This document shows, piece after piece, positions 1 to 7,281 of a stretch of DNA of 64,000 nt. The notes beneath the pieces were generated by a model, which worked only from the letters and a program-made list of their open reading frames with translations, was not told the DNA's origin and ran no database searches. The position numbers and the translations under genes are program-made. The stretch is from Candidatus Nomurabacteria bacterium (GTDB lineage Bacteria > Patescibacteriota > Minisyncoccia > Phycocordibacterales > UBA9973): assembly GCA_026395915.1 (NCBI GenBank), contig JAPLXU010000013.1:16428-80427 (forward strand), in the 5' to 3' direction. The stretch's first letter is position 1. Each line of letters opens with the position of its first letter.

Positions 1-791
1 CTGTTGTTTTCTTCATCTTCGGCCTTATCATCGGCAGTTTTTTGAATGTCGTTATTTTCCGGCTCAATACGAAGAGGTCTTTCGGTGGCAGGAGCGGATG
101 CATGTCTTGTTTGAATAAACTCTCTTGGTATGAGCTTATTCCGCTTTTCAGCTTTCTCGGTTTGAAAGGAAGGTGCCGAAATTGCAAAAGCAAAATTTCG
201 ATTCAGTATCCTTTGGTGGAATTTGTGACGGGCATCGTTTTTGCTTTTCTTTTTTTAAGACTTTTTGCTTCTGGTGGACAAAATAGCTTTTTAACTTTAC
301 CGTTTATTATAACTTACACTTATTATGCTATCACCTTTTCGCTTTTGATGGTTATCTCAGTTTACGATTTAAGACACAAAATAATTCCCGATTCACTTGC
401 TTTTATTTTTGGCGCACTGGCTTTTCTCGGTTTATTTTTCTTCCACGGCGGAAATTTTTACTGGCAGATGCCGTCAATTCTAGAATTTTTGTCGGGCTTT
501 TTAATTGCTTTACCTTTTGCTTTTTTTTGGTTTGTGTCGAGTGGCAGGTGGATGGGTCTTGGAGATGCAAAGCTCGCTCTCGGCATCGGCTGGTTGCTCG
601 GTTTTGTCGGCGCGCTTTCAGGTCTCGTCATAGCTTTTTGGTCTGGAGCACTAGTAGGGATTTGTCTTATTATTTTCAAGAGCAGTAAAACAAGTAGATT
701 AGGAATGAAAAGCGAAATTCCATTCGCTCCATTTCTGGTCTTCGGAGCCTTCCTGGTTTTTATTTTTGGATTGAATCTTTTTGGGCTATGA
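1..791 (+). CDS. pilD: Type IV prepilin leader peptidase (A24 family), 5'-partial
   Basis: ORF 42..791 continues in frame to the window start (..FGLIIGSFLNVVIFRLN, the typical PilD N-terminal helix). Has CxxC...CxxC (CMSC..CRNC) and a polytopic TM core with GLGDAKL. Confidence 0.8.
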   Translation, partial: VVFFIFGLIIGSFLNVVIFRLNTKRSFGGRSGCMSCLNKLSWYELIPLFSFLGLKGRCRNCKSKISIQYPLVEFVTGIVFAFLFLRLFASGGQNSFLTLPFIITYTYYAITFSLLMVISVYDLRHKIIPDSLAFIFGALAFLGLFFFHGGNFYWQMPSILEFLSGFLIALPFAFFWFVSSGRWMGLGDAKLALGIGWLLGFVGALSGLVIAFWSGALVGICLIIFKSSKTSRLGMKSEIPFAPFLVFGAFLVFIFGLNLFGL

Positions 792-1429
792 AAAAAATGA
801 TAAAAATACAAAAGAATAAAGGTATGACTTACATAGAACTGATTGTAGTTCTTTCTATTTTTGCGATAATGAGTTCGATAGTTATTTTTAATTATGAACA
901 GTTCCAAGCGAAAGTGGATGTCAAAAATCTGGCGAGCGATATTGCTTTGAAAATTGTCGAAGCGCAGAAGTCAGCTCTGGACGGACAATTACCATCACTC
1001 ACTCAGCAATCACAGATAGATTCAACGTGGAAACCTTCTTATGGAGTTTATTTTGATCTTTCAACTGACAGCAAAAGTTTTATTTATTTTACTGATCTTA
1101 ACAATATTAACAATAATCCTGGTACGCAAAATAGCCAGTATGACGGAACTTCTTCTTGTAATGGTGAATGCATAGATAAAATTCTAATAACTAGGAATGA
1201 TTCTATATCTCAGATAGCAAGTTGCACAGGTTCTCCCATTGTTTGCACTCCAATTACAAATCCTTTTTCTGTGTCTTTTTCGAGACCCAGCTCAACTGCT
1301 GTATTTTTTTCCAACACTACACAATTAGTATTAACGGGTGCTTCCTACATTCAAATTACAATCAAGTCGCCAAAAACAGCTTCCGCCACAATAAAAGTCT
1401 ATCCTTCAGGTAGGATTCAAGTAGACTAG
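788..1429 (+). CDS. Type IV pilin-like/pseudopilin (prepilin-type N-terminal cleavage/methylation motif)
   Basis: N-terminus KG|MTYIELIVVLSIFAIMSSIV after a basic leader. Immediately downstream of pilD. Confidence 0.6.
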   Translation: MKKMIKIQKNKGMTYIELIVVLSIFAIMSSIVIFNYEQFQAKVDVKNLASDIALKIVEAQKSALDGQLPSLTQQSQIDSTWKPSYGVYFDLSTDSKSFIYFTDLNNINNNPGTQNSQYDGTSSCNGECIDKILITRNDSISQIASCTGSPIVCTPITNPFSVSFSRPSSTAVFFSNTTQLVLTGASYIQITIKSPKTASATIKVYPSGRIQVD

Positions 1430-1458
1430 ATAATTGTAAAGTAAAAAGTTATAAAGAG

Positions 1459-2097
1459 ATGCAAAATAAAAACAACAACAACAGAAAAAGAGGATTCACA
1501 ATAATAGAAACGATGATTTCAGTTTCGCTTTTTTTAATTATTGTCATGGTTGGTATGGGGGCGCTTTTAAATGCCGACATGCTTCACAACAAATCAAAAA
1601 GCATGCGTTCCATTATGGATAATTTGAGTTTCATTATGGAAGACATGTCTAGAAATATAAGGACGGGATACAATTATAGGTGTTACGAGAGTGGTACTTG
1701 GCCAGGCATAAGTCAGCAGTCCGTTTTTAATACTCCTCAAAGTTGCATAAGTGGCGGAGTATTAGTTTTTGAAGAAGCTCATGGAAAAAATCTTTTAACT
1801 ACTCCACCTGATACAAATGCGACCGATCAATGGATATATAAAATTGAATCAACCGATGGGGGTCTCACTTTTGATATTAGCAAATCTGTTGATGGCGGAG
1901 TTACTTGGGTTCAAATGAATTCAGATGAAGTCAGTCTAAATGGGGTAAGCGGTTTTTCAGTAATAGGCGCAGAGGCGGGTGATAATCAGCAACCTTTTGT
2001 CACCATAAAGTTGGTCGGAAATATAAATTTGCAAAATAATATTCAAACACCTTTCTCTTTACAAACTTCAGTTTCGCAAAGACAGATAGATAGATGA
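1459..2097 (+). CDS. Type IV pilin-like protein (prepilin N-terminal motif)
   Basis: RG|FTIIETMISVSLFLIIVMVGM motif. Upstream motif AAGTTATAAAGA-ATG is shared with the next pilin gene. Confidence 0.65.
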   Translation: MQNKNNNNRKRGFTIIETMISVSLFLIIVMVGMGALLNADMLHNKSKSMRSIMDNLSFIMEDMSRNIRTGYNYRCYESGTWPGISQQSVFNTPQSCISGGVLVFEEAHGKNLLTTPPDTNATDQWIYKIESTDGGLTFDISKSVDGGVTWVQMNSDEVSLNGVSGFSVIGAEAGDNQQPFVTIKLVGNINLQNNIQTPFSLQTSVSQRQIDR

Positions 2098-2135
2098 GTA
2101 GTTATAAAGTTGAAAGTTTATAAAGTTATAAAGAA

Positions 2136-2579
2136 ATGAAATTATTTTTTAAAAAAGTTAATAAGACAAATAAGGGTTTCACTTTAGTAGAGATGCTTGT
2201 TGCCATTTCGATTTTTACTGTGTCATTGCTTGGCATAATGTCTGTTTTGGCATCTGGTGTTGCTAATACCACTTATGCTAAACAGAAAATGGTAGCTACT
2301 TATCTGGCGCAAGAAGGTATCGAATATGTGAGAAATATGCGAGATACCGAAGTTTTATATGGGTCTGGTAATATTATCGCTAGATGGAATAGATTTAAAA
2401 ATAATCCCAACATTGCTAGTACAATACCTGCTCCTTCTGATGCAAGTTTTACTCGCACAATCTCAATGACCAAAATAAATTCAGATGAGGTGCAAATTTT
2501 TTCGAAAGTTGAATGGACCCAAGGTTCCGGCTCTTACAGCATAACTTTTTCAGAAAATTTATTTAATTGGATAGAATAG
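2136..2579 (+). CDS. Type IV pilin-like protein (prepilin N-terminal motif)
   Basis: KG|FTLVEMLVAISIFTVSLLGI motif. 147 aa. Confidence 0.7.
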   Translation: MKLFFKKVNKTNKGFTLVEMLVAISIFTVSLLGIMSVLASGVANTTYAKQKMVATYLAQEGIEYVRNMRDTEVLYGSGNIIARWNRFKNNPNIASTIPAPSDASFTRTISMTKINSDEVQIFSKVEWTQGSGSYSITFSENLFNWIE

Positions 2580-2583
2580 AATT

Positions 2584-3114
2584 ATGGAGATAAAAAAATT
2601 ACAAAAGAATAAGGCCTGCCCGCATTACTACGCAAAGCGTTGTAGGCGGGGATTCGTAATACTTTTTGCAGTTACGTTGGCGGCTATTCTTTTGTCTATA
2701 GCTATCGGTGTTACGAATGTGGCTTTGAAAGAAATAAAATTTAGCACATCAGCCAAGGGTACCAACGACGCTTTTTTTGCTGCTGATACAGGTATTGAAT
2801 GCGCGCTAGTTAATGATAAATCAACTATAAACTCTTTTACACAATCTGGAGGTCCATCTTCTATACAATGCATTGGTTTGACAATTACTCTCACTAAAAC
2901 CGGCACTTCTTTAAATCCTGTTTGGGATTTTGTAGTTCCAAGTTTGGGAAGTTCAAGTCAGTCTTGCGCTAAAGTGAAAGTTACGAAAGATTTTTCGCTC
3001 AATACTGCTGTTGTTGTTTCAAAAGGATACAATAACGGAAGTGGTGGGGATCCTTCGAATTGGACGTGTTCTAATACCAATAATGTAGAACGAGAATTAC
3101 AGGTAAGCTATTAA
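2584..3114 (+). CDS. Minor pilin-like protein (PilX_N-like hydrophobic N-terminus)
   Basis: RRGFVILFAVTLAAILLSIAIGV hydrophobic segment. Last gene of the pilin cluster. Confidence 0.4.
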   Translation: MEIKKLQKNKACPHYYAKRCRRGFVILFAVTLAAILLSIAIGVTNVALKEIKFSTSAKGTNDAFFAADTGIECALVNDKSTINSFTQSGGPSSIQCIGLTITLTKTGTSLNPVWDFVVPSLGSSSQSCAKVKVTKDFSLNTAVVVSKGYNNGSGGDPSNWTCSNTNNVERELQVSY

Positions 3115-3121
3115 CTGCGGT

Positions 3122-5245
3122 ATGGATAAATCTAGCATTCAAAAAAGAATAACAAAACTGCGAAGCGAAATCGCGCGATTGAGAGACGCTTATCATACAA
3201 AAAATGCGCCTGACGTTACCGACGAGGTGTATGATTCTCTGACTCGCGAGCTGAAAGAGCTTTTGCAAAATTATCCAGAATTTGACGATTCAAATGCTCC
3301 GGAAAACAGAGTGGCAGGCAAACCGCTCGACAAATTCGTCAAAGTAAAACACGAAGTGAAAATGTTTTCAATCGGCAATGTGTTTTCAGCAGAAGAACTT
3401 TTTGCTTGGGAAAAAAGAAACTTAAAATTACTTCCCAATCTACAAAAACAATCTTTGGATTATTTTTGTGAGTTAAAATTCGACGGACTGGCTATATCGC
3501 TTATCTACGAGGATGGAAAATTTGCAAGAGGTGTGACGAGAGGAGATGGAGAAATCGGCGAAGACATTACCCAAAATTTGAAAACAATTAAAACGATTCC
3601 GCTCGCGTTCGAGGCGCCATATCCAGAAAGGATAGAGATTCGTGGCGAAGCGATTATGAAAAAAAATGTGTTGAAAAAACTCAATGAAGAAAACGAAAAA
3701 GAGGGGAAATTACTTTTTGCCAATTCGCGAAACGCTGCGGCGGGAAGCTTGCGCCAACTCGATCCAAAACTCGCAGAAGAAAGGCATCTAGATTTTTTTG
3801 CATATGAAATAGCGCAAATCAAAGGAGAAAAATGGCAGAAATATGTTGATAAACATTCTTTGAAACACGAATTACTAAAAAAATTAGGCTTTGCCGTTGA
3901 TGTGTACGCGAAGGAGGTTGTCGATTCAAAAGACATTTTAAATTTCATCGATAAGATTTCCAAAGTCCGCGACAGTTTAGATTTTGGCATTGATGGAGTG
4001 GTTATCAATGTGAATGAAACGAAGATTTTTGAAAATCTTGGAGTGGCGGGGAAAGACCCTCGCGGAATTATTGCTTTTAAGTATCCGGCTGAGAAGGCGA
4101 CTACCATCGTGAAAGATATTTTGATTAATGTTGGGCGTACTGGTGTCTTGACGCCACTTGCCGTTTTTGAACCGACTCTCGTAGCGGGTTCTAGAGTTTC
4201 AAAAGCAACCTTGCATAATATGGATCAAATAGAACGTTTAGATTTACGAATTGGTGATACTGTTGTTATAGAAAAAGCGGGGGATGTTATTCCGAAAGTT
4301 GTCGAAGTTTTGACACGTATGCGCACAGGCAAAGAGAAGAAATTTAAAATGCCGAAAACTTGCCCAGCTTGTAGGGGGAGCATAGAGAAAAAAGAAACAT
4401 CTGCGCAAATTCGCGAAATTTCCTCTGGCTTGACCCTTCCCGGAGTACCGGGTGGGACCCACACCATTCAGAAATCTCGCGAATTTGCGCAGATGTCTGT
4501 TGCTTACTATTGTTCAAATCCAAAATGTCCGGCAAAAAATGAAAGATATCTTGAACATTTTGTGTCTGTTTTTGAAATATACGAGCTCGGTCCGAAAATT
4601 TTGAGTCGATTTAAAGACGAAGGATTGATAACAGACGCGGCGGATATTTTTACGCTTGAAAAAGTTGACATCGCGCCCTTGGAGAGGTTCGGAGAAAAAT
4701 CAGCCGAGAATATTATAAAAGAAATAGAAAACAAAAAACATGTTTCCCTCACACGTTTTCTGTGGGCGCTTGGAATTTTGCATGTGGGTGAGGAGACTGC
4801 GCGAGACTTAGCAGAACATTTTGGCACTCTGGAAAAGTTAATATTCTCTGCAAGGCAAGACCTTGCAGAAGTAGATAATATCGAAAACATCGGTCCCGCG
4901 GTATCAAAAAGCCTTGTTGTTTTTTTTAATGATAAAAATAATTTAAACTTCATAAAAAAATTAAAAAAAAATGGTGTGGTTGTGGAAAAAGCAGAAGAAA
5001 ATCTAGCAAAGAGAAACGGGAAATTAAAAGGATTAAGTTTTGTTTTGACTGGTACGCTCCCAAATATGTCTCGAGAGATGGCAAAAAAGAAAATAATCTC
5101 TTTAGGAGGAAAAGTTGTGGGTTCAGTTTCAAAAAACACTTCCTATGTCGTAGCGGGGGTTGATCCGGGTTCCAAGCTAAAAAATGCGGAAAAATTAGGC
5201 GTTAAAGTGCTAGATGAAAAAAAGTTCCAAAATATGATAGGATAG
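3122..5245 (+). CDS. ligA: NAD-dependent DNA ligase LigA (carries an in-frame insertion in the Zn finger)
   Basis: Adenylation motif KxDG (ELKFDGLAI), OB domain, Zn finger CPAC....CSNPKC, HhH region and C-terminal BRCT. 707 aa. Confidence 0.9.
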   Translation: MDKSSIQKRITKLRSEIARLRDAYHTKNAPDVTDEVYDSLTRELKELLQNYPEFDDSNAPENRVAGKPLDKFVKVKHEVKMFSIGNVFSAEELFAWEKRNLKLLPNLQKQSLDYFCELKFDGLAISLIYEDGKFARGVTRGDGEIGEDITQNLKTIKTIPLAFEAPYPERIEIRGEAIMKKNVLKKLNEENEKEGKLLFANSRNAAAGSLRQLDPKLAEERHLDFFAYEIAQIKGEKWQKYVDKHSLKHELLKKLGFAVDVYAKEVVDSKDILNFIDKISKVRDSLDFGIDGVVINVNETKIFENLGVAGKDPRGIIAFKYPAEKATTIVKDILINVGRTGVLTPLAVFEPTLVAGSRVSKATLHNMDQIERLDLRIGDTVVIEKAGDVIPKVVEVLTRMRTGKEKKFKMPKTCPACRGSIEKKETSAQIREISSGLTLPGVPGGTHTIQKSREFAQMSVAYYCSNPKCPAKNERYLEHFVSVFEIYELGPKILSRFKDEGLITDAADIFTLEKVDIAPLERFGEKSAENIIKEIENKKHVSLTRFLWALGILHVGEETARDLAEHFGTLEKLIFSARQDLAEVDNIENIGPAVSKSLVVFFNDKNNLNFIKKLKKNGVVVEKAEENLAKRNGKLKGLSFVLTGTLPNMSREMAKKKIISLGGKVVGSVSKNTSYVVAGVDPGSKLKNAEKLGVKVLDEKKFQNMIG
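4398..4495. repeat. Palindromic element (25-bp inverted repeats, one mismatch, flanking a 48-bp core with an inner hairpin) inserted in frame in ligA
   Basis: catctgcgcaaattcgcgaaatttc (4398-4422) and gaaatctcgcgaatttgcgcagatg (4471-4495) are reverse complements. Inner hairpin is cccggagtaccggg. The segment separates the CxxC and C..C halves of the LigA Zn finger by about 41 aa instead of about 14. Confidence 0.6.
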
Positions 5246-5262
5246 TTTATTGCAGATGATAA

Positions 5263-5349
5263 GGAGGGTTCGCATAGTGGTCTAGTGCGCATCCCTGGAA
5301 AGGATGTATGTCCGAAAGGGCATCGAGAGTTCGAATCTCTCACCCTCCG
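5263..5349 (+). tRNA. tRNA-Ser (anticodon GGA)
   Basis: Hand-folded cloverleaf: acceptor GGAGGGT/ACCCTCC, anticodon loop CUGGAAA, long variable arm, T-arm GAGAG-TTCGAATC-TCTC. Confidence 0.8.
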
Positions 5350-5387
5350 CACGGCCATTTTGGCTGTTTAAAAAATAAATAAAATTT

Positions 5388-5460
5388 GCCATCCTAGCTC
5401 AGTTGGTAGAGCACGTCTTTCGTAAAGACGGGGTCCCGAGTTCGATCCTCGGGGATGGCT
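5388..5460 (+). tRNA. tRNA-Thr (anticodon CGU)
   Basis: Acceptor GCCATCC/GGATGGC, D-arm GCTC-AGTTGGTA-GAGC, anticodon stem-loop CGTCT-TTCGTAA-AGACG, T-arm CCGAG-TTCGATC-CTCGG. Confidence 0.8.
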
Positions 5461-5461
5461 C

Positions 5462-6343
5462 ATGGATAAAGAAAGCATACAGCAAAAAATAAATGAGTTA
5501 GAGACGCAGATGCTCGCGCCGGAATTTTGGAATGATAAAAACAAAGCGCAAACGATCATCAAAGAAATTGCCGATTTGAAAAGTTCGCTTTCGGGCGTCG
5601 GTAAGTTTGATAAGGGTAACGCTATTGTGACTATTTTTTCCGGCGCAGGCGGGGACGACGCGGAAGATTTTTCGGCTATGCTTTACAGAATGTATAGGAA
5701 ATTTTTTGAAAAAAAAGGCTGGGGAATGGAGCTTATTCATTCGAACGAGAACGATCATGGAGGTTACAGAAATATAACTTTTGAAATATCCGGTAAAAAT
5801 GTCTATGGAACTTTGAAAAACGAATCAGGAGTGCATCGCTTGGTCCGCATTTCGCCTTTCAATGCCAAACAGCTTCGTCACACTTCTTTTTCGATGGTGG
5901 AAGTTATACCGAAATTTGAAAAGACTAACAGCGCGGACATAGAATTGCCGGAAAAAGACATAGAAATTTCTATTGCTCGTTCTGGTGGTCCCGGAGGACA
6001 GAATGTGAACAAGAGAGAAACAGCGGTGAGAATTGTGCATAAACTTACAGGGCTTTCCGTTCACGTGACGTCAGAAAGATCTCAAGCGCAGAATAAAGAA
6101 AAAGCGATAGATATTTTGAAGGGTAAACTTTTTAAAAGAAAGGAAGAAGAAAAAATCGCGAGAGAAAAAGGAATGTACATAAGCAAGACAACTTCCATCG
6201 AGTGGGGGAATCAGATTCGCTCGTATGTCCTTCATCCGTATAAAATGGTAAAAGACCACAGGACAGATACCGAGACTTCCAACGTTGACGCAGTTTTAAA
6301 CGGCGATTTGGATATTTTTATTGAAGCAGAGAAAAATTTGTAA
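5462..6343 (+). CDS. prfB: Peptide chain release factor 2 (short form, no programmed frameshift)
   Basis: GGQ motif ([11 protein letters not shown]). RF2-type SPF motif ([15 protein letters not shown]). 293 aa with truncated domain 1. ATG starts 1 nt after tRNA-Thr. Confidence 0.75.
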   Translation: MDKESIQQKINELETQMLAPEFWNDKNKAQTIIKEIADLKSSLSGVGKFDKGNAIVTIFSGAGGDDAEDFSAMLYRMYRKFFEKKGWGMELIHSNENDHGGYRNITFEISGKNVYGTLKNESGVHRLVRISPFNAKQLRHTSFSMVEVIPKFEKTNSADIELPEKDIEISIARSGGPGGQNVNKRETAVRIVHKLTGLSVHVTSERSQAQNKEKAIDILKGKLFKRKEEEKIAREKGMYISKTTSIEWGNQIRSYVLHPYKMVKDHRTDTETSNVDAVLNGDLDIFIEAEKNL

Positions 6344-6359
6344 AAGCATTTAAAAAGCA

Positions 6360-7280
6360 ATGATATTTTCTATATTGATTACAATAATCGGCCTTTCGCT
6401 TTTTGAAACGGTTTCGTCTGTTGATAATGCGATTATCAATGCGGAAGTGCTTTCTACGATGGGCGCGCGGGCTCGGCGCTGGTTTCTTACTTGGGGGATA
6501 CTGGTTGCGGTTTTTGTTGTCCGGGGACTTCTGCCTTTCGTAATAATTTGGGCTTTCAATAAGTCGCTCAATCCGATTCAGATCTTGTCGGCCACATGGT
6601 CGAACGATCCTATAGTTTTGGAATCTATAGAGAAATCGGCTCCGATTTTGCTCGTGGCGGGTGGAATTTTTCTTTTATTTTTATTTCTGCATTGGCTTTT
6701 TCTTGAAGATAAACATCTTGGGTTACCGAGAACGGAGAAATTTTTTATGTCGAAAGGCGTTTGGTTCTATGCGACGGTTTCCATCTTACTCGCAGTTATT
6801 TCATGGTTTGCTCTAAAAGAAAATAGCCTGATGGGTTTTGGAGCTGTTGTTGGCTCAAGCATATTTTTTATTACTCACGGTTTTAAACAGAATGCAGAAG
6901 CACAAGAGAAGAGACTGTCCAATAGTGGGCGTTCCGATTTGAGCAAACTTTTATTTTTGGAAATAATTGATAGCACTTTTTCTGTCGACGGGGTTCTAGG
7001 CGCTTTCGCTTTTACTCTTTCGGTGCCTTTGATTTTGCTCGGGAATGGTCTAGGCGCTTTTATAGTACGAGGTCTAACAATTCGGAACATTGAGCGTATT
7101 AAAAAATATGTTTATTTAAAAAATGGGGCGATGTATTCCATTTTGGTTCTTGGTATAATCATGATATTGCACAGTTTTGGTTTCCGTGTTCCCGAATATG
7201 CTTCTCCGCTCGCCACCTTTTCCATAATCGGATTTTTCTTTTGGAAGTCAAAAATACATCTTAAATTAAATTTTAAATAA
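6360..7280 (+). CDS. TerC/DUF475-family integral membrane protein
   Basis: Polytopic membrane protein with SVDNAIINA and SVDGVLGAFAF-like repeated motifs. Confidence 0.45.
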   Translation: MIFSILITIIGLSLFETVSSVDNAIINAEVLSTMGARARRWFLTWGILVAVFVVRGLLPFVIIWAFNKSLNPIQILSATWSNDPIVLESIEKSAPILLVAGGIFLLFLFLHWLFLEDKHLGLPRTEKFFMSKGVWFYATVSILLAVISWFALKENSLMGFGAVVGSSIFFITHGFKQNAEAQEKRLSNSGRSDLSKLLFLEIIDSTFSVDGVLGAFAFTLSVPLILLGNGLGAFIVRGLTIRNIERIKKYVYLKNGAMYSILVLGIIMILHSFGFRVPEYASPLATFSIIGFFFWKSKIHLKLNFK

Positions 7281-7281
7281 A

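Noticed and set aside
3505-5139. Antisense ORFs inside ligA (3505-4107, 4225-4535, 4507-5139 minus strand)
   Set aside because: They lie entirely opposite a well-supported conserved gene and have low-complexity S/F/K-rich translations, so they are spurious.
5462-5560. Programmed +1 frameshift site in prfB
   Set aside because: The ORF is continuous from the ATG at 5462 with no in-frame UGA near codon 25, so there is no frameshift.
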